The position numbers and the translations under genes are program-made. A stretch of DNA of 64,000 bases from Neoechinorhynchus agilis (taxonomy: Eukaryota; Animalia; Acanthocephala): positions 16,780,784 to 16,844,783 of the forward strand of contig CM121341.1 in assembly GCA_051530055.1 (NCBI GenBank). Direction: 5' to 3'. Below, piece by piece: positions 48,170-60,676 of this stretch. The first letter of the stretch is position 1; each line of letters begins with the position of its first letter. The notes beneath the pieces are model-generated. The model ran no database searches, was not told the origin of the DNA, and worked only from the letters and a program-made list of their open reading frames with translations.

Positions 48170-51100
48170 ATTAACCAATTAAAAGTTTGCGAACATTTGA
48201 GTTTAAGTAGCGCTTCCCTCCTTTTAAATCAGTAATTTTTTTATTTTTCGTTTTATCGATTTATCGATATATGATTGCTTTTATTCAATCTGAGCAGAAA
48301 TCAATTATATTTCTTGAATAACAATTACTTAATATCCTGTATTGCATTTCGCCCCCTGTTTAATTGTTTCGATAAATAATCGTCATGGTATTTACCAATT
48401 GAGAGTTTGCGAACATTTGAGTCTAAATAGCGTTTCCCTTCTTTTAGGTAAGTAATTTTTGTTCTTTTTCGATTTATTCGATTTATCGATTGATGCGATG
48501 ATGATTGCTTTTACGCATGCATGGCGCTGATCAATTTGTGATCGATAAAAAATCAATCTGAGCTGAAATCGATTATATTTTTTGAATAACAATTACTATA
48601 TGTCCTATGTAACATTTCGTCTTCTGCTTAATTGTTTCGATGAATACTCGGACATGGTATTTACCAATTAAACGTTTGCGAACATTTGAGTCTAAATAGC
48701 GTTTCCCTATTTTTATATCAGTTATTTTTGTTCTTTTTCGGTTTATTGGATTAATCGATTGATGCGATGATGATTGCTTTTACGCATGCATGGCACTGAT
48801 CAATTTGTGATCGACAAAAAATCAATCTGAGCTGAAATCGATTATGTTTCTTGAATAACAATTACTGAATATCCTATATTGCATTTCGTCCTCTGTTTAA
48901 TTGTTTCGATAAATCATCGGACATGATATTAACCAAATAATAGTTGGTGAACATTATAGTTACAATAGCGCTTCATTCCATTTAGAACACAAATTTTTGT
49001 TCTTTTTCGTTTTATTGATTAATGATTGCTTTTTCCATGCGTGGCACTGATCAATTTCTTATCGATAATAATTCAATCTGAGCTGAAATCGATTGCGTTT
49101 CTTGAGCAACATTTGCGTAATATCCTATATTGCATTTCGTCCAATGTTTAATTGTTTCGATAAATAATCGCATGGTATTTACCAATAAAAAGTTCGCGAA
49201 CATTTGAGTCTGAATTGCGTTTCCCTCCCTTTAGATCGGTAATTTTTGTACTTTTTCGATTTATTGGATTTATCGATTGATGCTATGATGATTGCTTTTA
49301 CGCATGCATGGCACTGATCAATTTTTGATGGATAAAAATTCAATCTGAGCTGAAATCGATTATATTTCTTTAATAACAATTATTGAATATCCTATATTGG
49401 ATTTCGTCCTCTGTTTAATTGTTTCGATAAATAATCGGACATGGTATTAAGCAAATAAAAGTTCGCGAACATTTGAGTTACAATAGCGTTTCCCTCCTTT
49501 TAGAGCAGTAATTTTTGTTCTTTTTCGTTTTATCGATTTTTTGATTGATGATTGCTTTTTGCATGCGTGGCACTGATCAATTTGTTATCGATAAGTATTT
49601 AATCTAAGCTGAAATCGATTATATTTCTTGAATAACAATTACTGAATATCCTGTATTGCATTTCGTCCTCTGTTTAATTATTTCGATAAATAATTGGACA
49701 TGGGATTAAGCAAATAAAAGTTGGCGAACATTTGAGTTTGAATAGCGTTTCCCTACTTTTTGATCAGTAATTTTTGTTCTTTTTCGATTTATTGGATTTA
49801 TCGATTTATGCGATTATGATTGCTTTTACGCATGCATGGCACTGATCAATTTGTGATCGATAAAAATTCAATCTGGGCTGAAATCGATTACATTTCTTGA
49901 ATAACATTTACGTAATATCCTATATTGCATTTCGTCGACTGTTTGATTGTTTCGATAAATAATCGGACATGGTATTAACCAATTAAAAGTTGGCGAACAT
50001 ATGAGTTACAATAGCGTTTCCCTCCTTTTAGAGCAGAAATTTTTGTTCTTTTTCGTTTTATGGATTTATTGATTGATGATTGCTTTTTCCATGCGTGGCA
50101 CGGATCAATTTCTTATCGATAATAATTCAATCTTAGCTGAAATCGATTATATTTCTTATATAACAATTACTGAATATCCTATATTGCATTTCGTCCTCTG
50201 TTTAATTGTTTCGATAAATAATTGGACATGGTATTAAGCAAATAAAAGTTGGCGAACATTTGAGTTACAAAAGCGTTTCCCTCCCTTTAGAGCAGTAATT
50301 TTTGTTCTTTTTCGTATTATCGGTTGATTCTATGATGATTGCTTTTGTGCATGCATGGCCCTGATCAATTTGTGATCGAAAAAAATTCTATCCTAGCTGA
50401 AATCGATTACATTTATTGAATAACATTTACGTAATATCCTATATTGCATTTCGTCCTCTGTTTAATTGTTTCGATAAATAATTGGAGATGGTATTAAGCA
50501 AATAAAAGTTCGCGAACATTTGAGTTACAATAGCGTTTCCCTCCTTTTAGAGCAGTAATTTTTGTTGTTTTTCGTTTTATCGATTGATGCGATGATGATT
50601 GCTTTTACGCATGCATGGCGCTGATCAATTTTTGATGGATAAAAATTCAATCTGAGCTGAAATCGATTATATTTCTTTAATAACAATTATTGAATATCCT
50701 ATATTGGATTTCGTCCTCTGTTTAATTGTTTCAATAAATAATCGGACATGGTATTAACCAAATAAGAGCTGGCGAACATTTGAGTTACAATAGCGTTTCC
50801 CTCCTTTTAGGTCAGTTATTTTTGTTCTTTTTCGGTTTATTGGATTAATCGATTGATGCGATGATGATTGCTTTTACGCATGCATGGCACTGATCAATTT
50901 GTGATCGACAAAAAATCAATCTGAGCTGAAATCGATTATGTTTCTTGAATAACAATTACTGAATATCCTATATTGCATTTCGTCCTCTGTTTAATTGTTT
51001 CGATAAATAATTGGACATGGTATTAAGCAAATAAAAGTTCGCGAACATTTGAGTTACAATAGCGTTTCCCTCCTTTTAGAGCAGTAATTTTTGTTGTTTT

Positions 51101-51590
51101 TCGTTTTATCGATTGATGGTATGATGATTGCTTTTACGCATGCATGGCGCTGATCAATTTGTGATCGATAATAATTCAATCTGAGCTGAAATCGATTATG
51201 TTTCTTGAATAACAATTACTGAATACCCTATATTGCATTTCGTTCTCTGTTTAATTGTTTCGATAAATAAATGGACATTGTATTAAGCAAATAAGAGTTG
51301 GCGAACATTTGAGTTTGAATGGCGTTTCACTCCATTCAGGTCCTTAATTTTTGTTCTTTTTAGGTTTATTCGATTTATCGATTTATGATTGGTTTTTTTG
51401 CATGCATGGCACTGATCAATTTGTGATCGAGAATAATTCAATCCGAGCTGAAATTGATTACGTTTCTTGAATAACAATTACTGAATATCATATATTGCAT
51501 TTCGTCCTCTGTTTATTGTTTCGTTGAGTAATTGGACATATTATTAACCAAATGGAGGTTGGCGAACATTTGAGTCTAAATAGCGTTTCC
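48170..51590 (+). repeat. Satellite array, about 13 diverged units of ~260-270 bp
   Basis: GCGAACATTTGAG-like anchor recurs 14 times (~48189 to ~51561); no spacers. Confidence 0.97.
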
Positions 51591-51799
51591 TTCCTTTGGC
51601 AATCTATTCCTGAAGTCCGCCATGAGTTCTTCAGGAATGTACAACGATTACATCAAAAACATACATTTTCAGACGCTTCCGAGTATTTGGAACTTTCGAT
51701 AAAAAGATGGCCTTTTTTCTATCTCACTTACGACCAATCCGATCCAAACATGTGATTTTCTTCACAAGCAATATGTAGCGCCATGGCCTAGATCTCTGA

Positions 51800-52740
51800 A
51801 AGATGACTACAGTTGAGTCGAATCGACTTCGTTCGAGATAACCTAACGACATCTTCGTTCTGCTTTCAATATATGGAAGTGAAGTTCTTCAAGGACCAGA
51901 TCTCGCAGCAGGGCGATTATACTTTCCCGAGGTGTAATCTTTGTAAAAAGTGGGGACATTTGGATCAGAAGTGCTCTTGTAAAAAGATTGTCTTAGCATT
52001 CTGCGCTGAGGATCATCATTCGTCCTCCTGCACATAAAACGATGTGCAAACTTTTGTTCTTCTGGGCACTGTGCATTCGCTGAAACTTGTGCTTCATTTT
52101 AGGATTACATCAAATGGGCTAAAGATAATTCGATTAAGATAATTTCGCGCAACACTAGAATTCAAGTCGCTCAGCGTACCGTTCCAGCTCCGCGTAGAGC
52201 CTATGGACGTTTCACCTTCTCACTTGAGCACTCGCGTCAATACCTCCAGCTCGTCAGAAGCAAGACTTGAGGAGTTCTCTGCTAACATTCTGAGCTTAGT
52301 GGAAACGAGGATATACAATGCAATCCAAGTATTAGAGAAGAGACTTGCTGTCCATTTTTGACGCGCTAGTCAACTTTATAAAGAATAGTTTGTCCGATTT
52401 ATGTAAAAACACCTTGGTGCCTCCAGAGGCACCAGCCAAAAGCGGTTTAACATCTTACTGAATGACATGACTGACACTCCGTCAGTGAACAGGGATGTCT
52501 TGGTTCTTAACAATGAAGATTATGTAAGACAGATCATTGAGGAGCAGAAACAGATAATTGCTAACGGAACTCATAAGATAATATCAAAGCCGCACAGGTT
52601 GTTCTCTAAACGTAAGGGCAGAGCGCGATGAGCCTTAGGTTAGTGCAATGGAATGCAGGAGGGCGGTCGTTGGACATTTCACATCTAAACCCGAACTAAG
52701 AAGGTATGACATGCTTTTATACAAGAAACCAAGTCCATTT
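51800..52740 (+). mobile_element. Jockey/I-like LINE 5-prime remnant: ORF1 zinc knuckles and start of APE endonuclease
   Basis: CNLCKKWGHLDQKC and CAEDHHSSSC knuckles; ATG at 52628 gives MSLRLVQWNAGG, then a frameshifted QET motif. Confidence 0.7.
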
Positions 52741-54217
52741 ACTCGCTGACCGATCTTCCAAGTAACCTTATTAGTTTTTATCACCCCTCCTTTTTTCGCC
52801 AGCTCACTAGGACTCTTAACGTTGTTTTGGCCATATTTCCTACCTAAACGTATCTCAGAATTGGTTTCCCCGAATATGTCTTATACGATTTTTTCCGTAG
52901 TCATTAATGGGAATGTCTTTTAGAATGTAATATTTACATCAGGCCCAATAAAATTCATTTATCTAAGCCCAAGGCTTAGAATCTCCTACTTTGTAAGAAA
53001 TTTGAACCCGGGTTCCTAAACATCCACCTCCACCGGTAACACGAGCAGAGATCAATAATTTTTTAATGTCCTCCAGCCCCGACTTCCTCACTACGGTCAA
53101 ACAAGTTAATCGCTTCTGCTAACCCCCGAGTGCTCTTTCCCTTTAGGGAGAAACTTAATATGTGAAACAAACAGGCAAATCTTCAGCTCTTAAATTCTGG
53201 TCTGTTTTATACTTTCTTTTTTTTCATTGCTTTTTTGGATAACTTTAGAAGTTATGCTCGGTAAACGAAAAGAACATTCCTGTATAGTTTTAAATTTGAA
53301 ATGTCATTTGGGCCTATCTTTCATTTGCATTGTTGTAACCTTGATTTGCACGAAAATATTTAATTTTTTTATGTATTTTCTTACGCATTACTCTTTTCTT
53401 GAAAGATCTTTTTTGAACTATGTGCTCTGAACGTTTATTCTCATTGTTACGACTTAAATTTCACGAAATGTGCTGCTCTTCGGCTCTTCTCATTTGAACT
53501 GAAATGGCGTAACTAATGAATCAGTATTGCCAGCGAGAAAAACAATCAAATGTTGCCATCCGAAAAGGAATGTTCACAATGCTCTATCATTCCAAGTGTC
53601 TGCAATGCATCGGTGCCGAATTGGTTTCCTCGCACCATTAAACGTTCACAAATATACAACTTTTGTTAAAAGAAGAATTGCGAGACCAATGCTTCGTTGT
53701 TTTTGCAATCATGCCCGAATTTCGGCCGAAGATAACGACACTTTTGAATGGCATTTAAATCCGTTGTATGTTGCTAAACGAAGCGTCGAAAAAGATCGCA
53801 TAGTGGACACATGTGAAACAAATGGGAAAATCGATCTTAATTTCGGGAACAATAAAGGCAGAATTACTGATTCAAGTAGAAGTAGCTTTTTGGTTTAATA
53901 AATGTTTTCCCTCCTTATGAATAATCTAAATTTCTTTTAGATAACATGGTACTGTAACGATAAGAAAGTTTATTTTTAATTATAACCTTTGAAGTGTGCT
54001 CAAAAAGTAATTAAATTCTTTGAAATTATTAGACTTAACATCGGATCACTTGCCATGATCTGCTGTACGAAATCGATACTTTTAACGGTTTTAAGACTGA
54101 ACCTAAATTATCCACCTTTTTTTAGACAAAGCTACTTCTTGGTCTTATTTTATACGAGGTTTCTCGAGACTTAGAGCATATTTATACCCCGCTGTTAAAA
54201 ATTTCCTTTGCAAGAGA

Positions 54218-54528
54218 ATTACACTTTCGGTGAGAATAATCCCGGTCATCACATATTTTATTTATTTGAACTATTTCGCGAGGTATCCTCGCCTATTCAG
54301 TCATTGTTTGTAAGTTTTTAACACTGAGAATAATCCCGGTCATCACATATTTTATTTATTCGAACTATTTCGCGAGGTATCCTCGCCTCTTCAGTCATTG
54401 TTTGTAAGTTTTTAACACGTGTTAAAAAAAACTTACAAACAATGACTGAAGAGGCGAGGATACCTCGCGAAATATTTCGAATAAATAAAATATGTGATGA
54501 CCGGGATTATTCTCACTGAAAGTGTAAT
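54218..54528. repeat. Zero-spacer palindrome (centre 54418/54419) with a tandem 94-bp duplication of the left arm
   Basis: Direct repeats start at 54231 and 54325, followed by the inverted arm 54419-54528 around AACAC|GTGTT. Confidence 0.95.
54440..54482 (+). ncRNA. Minimal hammerhead ribozyme motif in the right arm
   Basis: CAATGA-CTGAAGA-G-GCGAGG-ATA-CCTCGC-GAAA-TA-T-T-TCGAA; the two left-arm copies each carry a core or stem III mutation. Confidence 0.68.
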
Positions 54529-55934
54529 TTTATTATCCCGAAGGACTTTCTATCGATGGTTTTGCAAGAAAAGTTTAATAACTCTAAAATACGAACAATA
54601 CATCACGCTCTTTTAAGGATGCAAAGATGGAATTGTGTACACGTTCAATATTGGCACATAAAATATATTAGTTTTGCCATTTTTTGCTTATTTTCCCGTA
54701 CAGATGAATTTGAAATGCGTGGTGAAAAATAAGATTATCGTACTCTGCAAACTTGTTTTTTCTCTCGATATTTGCTAACAAAATAATCTTTTCTATTTAC
54801 CGAAGATGAATGCAAGTAACCTTTACAATGGTGTCTATATAAAACGATCAAAATGGTGGTTTCTTACATCTTGAGTGCATTCTTATTTCTAACCTCGATC
54901 GTAGCTTAGACGTTATCATTTAGCCCAATTAGAATTGACATGGCTGAGATACAAGAAATCTAAACTAACATTGGATACTTATTAAATAGCTTCATACAAA
55001 AAGACAAATTGACCACAAAATCGATTGAGCAATTTCTAAGTTGGACTAACTGTCATGATTCACAAGTGACAGCATTGATGACTAATGAATTTTAAATGTT
55101 CAATGAACCAAAACAGAATTATATGAACAATGATAAAAAATATGAATAGTGAAGAATTTACAGATGATGTACCCACGTCTCAGACATCAGTTAAAGAGGA
55201 CAAATTCAGGGACCCAACATTTAGTGATAACAAAACGAATACATCAATCAATTCCAAACCTTAGTTTCGAAAGAGCTTACACTTGATACTGATGCCACAT
55301 ATAAGTTTGACACTTCAAGTGGTCCAACGGAAATCTTATCCGATACACAATCATTTCTTTCCAATGATGAATCGGAATAAATAAGTTCGTTACCAACTAC
55401 AATGTCTGATATTGCAAATGTCACTGGAATTCTTAATAACTCAGTAATATTGATACATACGGATCAGGCGTTCTTGGCAAATAAATCAATTTAAAATCGT
55501 TCGCAGTGCGGATATTCAATCACTTTCTGAATATAATACCAAAAAGCATTAGGAAGAATGATAACATATTGACTGAGTCTCAAAAAGTAGACTTAAAATG
55601 CTTCGTCCCGAGTACTGCACCGATTTCCATTGATCAGACAACAACTTTGTCCTTATATTTGCAATCCAATGAGTATAAATCAAAAAAAGAGATTTGGTAA
55701 CATCGTTGACATACCTTTCTCGGATTTATTTGGAACCACATTTTTGCGAACCTTTGCGAAAATAACTGAGATTAAAACACATAAAAAGCAAGCCGTTGTG
55801 GACTAAAATCCGACGAGGCATAAGAGTTTATTCGATTGTCTCATTAGTCGTTATTTTAGATTTAATTAAACACATATATTAAGTGTTGAGGTGAACTTCC
55901 CTTACACGACTGATAATTTTCCTTGGGCACATAA

Positions 55935-56123
55935 TCCACCGATCGGAGCCGGGAAAGAGATTGAATCACTTAAATCCCTGAAACATACGGTTATGAGTTT
56001 TGTACATCCCTTGGGATCCTCAAATACCTCATAAGCAAGCGAAACTCATCAGTGATTTTCCTTCGTTCAGCGGTATATCGTCCTCTTTGGTTGTAAGTCA
56101 TCGGCGGTCGTGCATTTGAACCC
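55935..56123 (-). repeat. Single diverged monomer of the 378-bp array family
   Basis: Minus strand GGGTTCAAATGCACGACCGCCGATGACTTACAACCAAAG...CACTGATGAG...AGGTATTTGAGGATC aligns to the array unit. Confidence 0.88.
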
Positions 56124-57452
56124 TTTTTACACTGAAACAGTGATTCGGGCTTAAGTTCTACTTCAATGTTTTATAAAAAGTAACCAGCTAGCCCGGCATA
56201 AGATAAAAATTAAATATATATACTCCTGGAGTTGTTTCCGTGCTTGATTTTTCATTTTGTCTGATTGCGTCCAGACTTTCCTTATTTTTAACAAGCACTT
56301 GGTTATTCATAGAAAAATATTTATTTTAGGGGTACAAGACTTTAAACACTGCTCTTTAGTGCACGATTTACTCTTTAGTGACTTTATTTATAAACAACGA
56401 AATCAAGAAAAAGTTTATTCTTGGGCGTTTGGTTTAAAGCGATTGTAACTTAATAAATCGTTACTGCATTTGATTTTTTATATTACAATAAAGTGTTGAG
56501 GGCGCTTCAAGTTGTGGTTATGAAGATTTTTCTAATTGAAATTGAAGAGAAATCGTTTCTATGACAGCTAATTATCCTTAGTCTCGTACGAACGTAAAAG
56601 GTACTTAATAATTTCATCCAATTAAAAACTTAAATTTTACGAGCATTAACTTGGCTATTATGCGAAATTCAGACATTTGAGCAGGAATTCTTAAAGTATT
56701 TCACCAAGTACTGCGAATTAACCTTCTTATAGGAAACCAAATCAATAAGAAATTGCAATCGCCTTCCAAGGTCATTTTCATAACCTAGTCAAATGTCTTA
56801 CAATTCCCATTGCCTATTATCAATTATATTGCCCTTGAGCGTTATAGAATATAAATCATACGCAATTATTTCGATTTTGATTGACAAATGTAGGTTCCCC
56901 GTAGGAAACGTTTATATTCCACCAAAAAACCATTTTTATGTAATAAAATCGATTAATCTTCGCTTATTTTGATGCATGTTTCCGGGGAAAAACACGTTGC
57001 TCAAAGACTACCGTTGGCTTCCAAGCCTACTTATTTCGCCCATCGGGATACGATATTATCATGTAGGACTCCTCTACAATGCTGCTACTAAATTTTTCGG
57101 TTGTTTTGCAGAGATGTCTCTCTTATTGAATAATAATTCTTCGTTAAAGGTCAAAAAATTTGCGTTCGGAATCAGATAAATTAACTTTAAAGTCGGGAAT
57201 CAACACCGAGAAATCGTGATGGGCTTAAATTCTATTCTCGAAAAGCTATTCTAAAAACAACATGTTTATGTTTTTCTCAAATCGGATAAAGCAAATAAGG
57301 AATCTCCGTTCATTACACAAACAAATAATAGAAATACCGTCAATATCCGATTTGTTCGTATCTAAATATTTGGGAGCATCGTAACCTCGTCTTTTCTATC
57401 TGGTGAATCTTTGACTCGCTTTTATAGTGACAAACACTGAACACTCGCCTCA

Positions 57453-58256
57453 ATGCACTCCATCACATTTCTTGTCATGCTCCTCGGAATTCTGTTTAAA
57501 TTCCGAACATCTTATGCGTATACTCCACGGGTTTCCTACTGCAAACTGGACCAAAACCCAACTACGACCAAAAAGACAGAATCAACTACGTGCTTTTATA
57601 GGAGCGTACCAGTTATCACTAGTAAAAACCGGCAAAACTGTGCAGCATGTAAAGCTCACGTAGGCAAAATGAAAAAAAGGGAAAAATCGGTGCTTAAAGC
57701 AATACAAAAAGGAGCCCAGTTAAGTACTGAAAGGCCAAAACGCTTAACAACTACGGCAGTAACTGAACGAGCGCTTCCTTCGAGCACCAAGGTAGCTGCT
57801 AAACCCTACTACGATATGCAATCAGAGACCACTTTAATGGCCAAAACTTCAAATGCCCCTATTGTACCCAAAATAGAAACAAAGTACACAAAACTGGAGG
57901 ATTTCAATGTGACTTCACCTAAATACAAGGCTGTACCATCGAACACAACAACAGAAGCTATAGAAGTTCTTACAACACCCGTTTTATCTACACCATCAAT
58001 TACTCCAAAAAATACAACTAAGGAAAAGGTCGACATTGCTAATCAGATAGTCCGATTTGTTGAAAATGTGATCGATCATTCAGTGAAGCCAGCACTCCTA
58101 GCAAAATACGCTCTTATGAACCGCGTGAACCGCGTGTTCCCAATTGCAAGAATAGAATCAAGGCCTTTAGTTGAAGATTTACTAGATGCCGCTTATTATC
58201 CACCCCATCCCGAATGGATCTATCGCAATTCTCAAGAAAGTGGGCTTGATCATTAG
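57453..58256 (+). CDS. Hypothetical secreted Thr/Lys-rich protein, 267 aa, intronless
   Basis: Signal-like N-terminus MHSITFLVMLLGILF, four N-terminal Cys, mucin-like Thr/Pro middle; no recognised family. Confidence 0.6.
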   Translation: MHSITFLVMLLGILFKFRTSYAYTPRVSYCKLDQNPTTTKKTESTTCFYRSVPVITSKNRQNCAACKAHVGKMKKREKSVLKAIQKGAQLSTERPKRLTTTAVTERALPSSTKVAAKPYYDMQSETTLMAKTSNAPIVPKIETKYTKLEDFNVTSPKYKAVPSNTTTEAIEVLTTPVLSTPSITPKNTTKEKVDIANQIVRFVENVIDHSVKPALLAKYALMNRVNRVFPIARIESRPLVEDLLDAAYYPPHPEWIYRNSQESGLDH

Positions 58257-58949
58257 ATTAACTTATCCATTTTACTCTTTCATTATAATTCAAATAAAAA
58301 CATATATATGCTCTTCTTTGGGTGAAGTTTGCGTGATCCTTAGCAAAGGCGGAATTGGGCATAGTTTTATTATTCAAAGCTAGAAAAATAATCACACATA
58401 AAAGATAATGAAGGAAAATTATGTTTCTAGTATAAAACCATCATTCATATCTCAGATTAAGAAAACACGATCTCAGAGAGACATGCTTGATATTCTGTAA
58501 GCTGTTTGAAATGATCAAGGCAAGACCTATAACTTTACAATTTGAGAATACCACAATATTGTTGGATTCATGGTAAGTCATTCGAGTTCAGATGAATAAT
58601 CTTAATCGACTCTGATTTTTTCAACACAGATATGTTAATGTTACACTGAAAAGCTTCAATCCCAATATAAGTCGCTATTTGAGATAACAGTTTCGTTAGG
58701 AAGAATAAAATTGCTACACTTGGAAAAAATACAATAAGTATAGTTCGATTCGTAAAGCCATGACTGTGGTCATTAATTTCGAATAAAAACCTCCAAATGT
58801 ATTTGATTACCGTCACTTCGACCCTAAAATCGCTACTAGAAATTTACAACAAGTCGGTAAAATTATAAATTTCAGTACGAAATTTTCAAATGTCAATTAG
58901 CTTCATGACTCAATCATGCATTTGAAATATAAAGATTTTTTGAATTCCC

Positions 58950-59770
58950 ATGAATGGCCTCAGACAGTCGATCTGGGACGGACCTCTTGTCGCGAGAGCT
59001 CACAGCTCTCTACTTTCCGGTTCTCGCGATGGGGTCGTCCGAGCTAGACTGTTGGCAGTTTCAACACGAGAATCTGGGGCGTGGTTGGAGGCTGTTCCTC
59101 TGGCATCAGTGGAAACTCTTCTTACTGATGAGGTAACGAGGATCGCAGTATCCTTAAGACTTGGTCTCCCGATATGCACGCCCCATCGCCGTCGATGTGG
59201 GTCTTTGGTTGATGCTTTCGGGCGACACGGTCTCGTCTGCAGAAGGTCAGGAGAAAGGTTCTCACGCCATTCTGAAATCAATAACGCAATTTCTCGGGCG
59301 TTGAGAATGGCGAACTTCCCGAGCATCCTGGAACCCGCCCACCTTTGTCGACTAGACGGCCGTAGGCCCGATGGAATTTCGGTCTTCGTGTGGCGGGAGG
59401 GCAAATGCTTTCTATAGGACGCCACGTGCGTGGACACCCTCGCAGCCAGCAACATCCCCTACTCCCTCGAAATCGCCGGTGGTGCCACCAGTGCAGCGGA
59501 AGGGAGGAAAATACGGAAATATCTTCACTTATCGAGGGCTCACTATTTTGTCCCCTTTGGGGTAGAGACGTATGGAGCGCTCGGCAGCTCGGCACTCTCT
59601 CTTTGCTCCAGGATCTCTAGAAGAAATTGAGAGAGGCAACCGGAGACAAGAGCAGGCGTATTCCTTCGACAAAATATCTCGCTAGCAGTACAACGGGGCA
59701 ATGCTGCTAGCGTGATGGCGACGGTCGAGGAAGGACAAAAGCTGGAATTCGGCGGGAGGTGGTGAGTGTG
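58950..59770 (+). mobile_element. CRE-clade element, 3-prime portion
   Basis: RARLLAVSTRESGAWL, CCHC-like region, intact RRPDG (RLE), DATCVDT, FVPFGVET and ISLAVQRGNA; related to 40520-41400. Confidence 0.93.
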
Positions 59771-60270
59771 TTAATTGTCGAGAAATGAAGATTGATTGAA
59801 TTTCAAAAATTATACAGGCTAAAAAAATTTCTGATTTCATTAAAAGAAGCTTTCTTTAATTTTAAATGGGCAAAATAGCACATATTTTGAATAAAAAACT
59901 TTAAAATAGGAGAATGTGGGGATTTAAAAATATGTACAAATCAAAATGTGCAAATTTCACTTTTATACCTGAAAAAGTTTCAATTTTAAACTTTCCTTTA
60001 TTCGTTCGATCCGTTCCCTTTGCTTTACACTCACAAATTTTAATGAAATTTAACGGCTTTCGTCGAACTTTAGGGCGCAGAGAAAAAAGAAGTAATTATT
60101 TTAGTGCAAAGTAGGGCATCCGTTGCTGAAATTTAGGGTCGGAAGGCGAATTTTAGGGGCGAAAATTTGTTGCTCAGGAGTGTGAAAAGGCGGCTTTCAG
60201 AATGTATAATGTACGGAATGATTCGGTGGACATTTAATGTCCATTTGTTGGAAGAAGGATCACTTTAGCT

Positions 60271-60450
60271 TGGTTGTTTTCTGGCGAAGATATTAAAATG
60301 ATTTTAAAATCCGATATTTCGGCACAATTTTGTGCCTTTATCAAGGTTACTTTAAAAACTTACAAACATCCTTGATAAAGGCACAAAATTGTGCCAAAAC
60401 CAATCAGATTTAAAATAAAATCATTTTAATTTCTTCGCCAGAAAACAAGC
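60271..60450. repeat. MITE-like foldback, ~75-bp arms
   Basis: TTGTTTTCTGGCGAAG...GTGCCTTTATCAAGG / CCTTGATAAAGGCAC...CTTCGCCAGAAAACAA. Confidence 0.8.
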
Positions 60451-60633
60451 AATATGAACAATTCAATCTTCAAACGATCACTTTAGAATTTTTTCAGGCA
60501 TGAGGGGTAGATGCCATATAAAAAGCTATGATTTATAATGTGGGTTAGAGGGTCGAGAAGTTCGGGAATGATGCAGCGAAGAGCCCAGTTTGGGATTTCG
60601 GATTGAGAAGACAAATTTCGAGTTTTTTAATAA

Positions 60634-60676
60634 CAGTGACTGAGGAGGCGAGGTTACCTCGCGAAATATTTCCAAT
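60634..60676 (+). ncRNA. Minimal hammerhead ribozyme motif (orphan, GCGAGG family)
   Basis: CAGTGA-CTGAGGA-G-GCGAGG-TTA-CCTCGC-GAAA-TA-T-T-TCCAA; downstream flank matches 54480-54570. Confidence 0.65.

Noticed and set aside
48170-51590. Spliced-leader RNA or 5S gene array
   Set aside because: An Sm-like AATTTTTG is present, but the upstream GT donor exists in only a few units and no conserved leader or pol III boxes were recognised.
53547-53730. Cys pattern resembling an insulin-like peptide (KRS...C*KKNC...C)
   Set aside because: In-frame stop would need two changes to be Cys, no signal peptide, and B-chain spacing is wrong.
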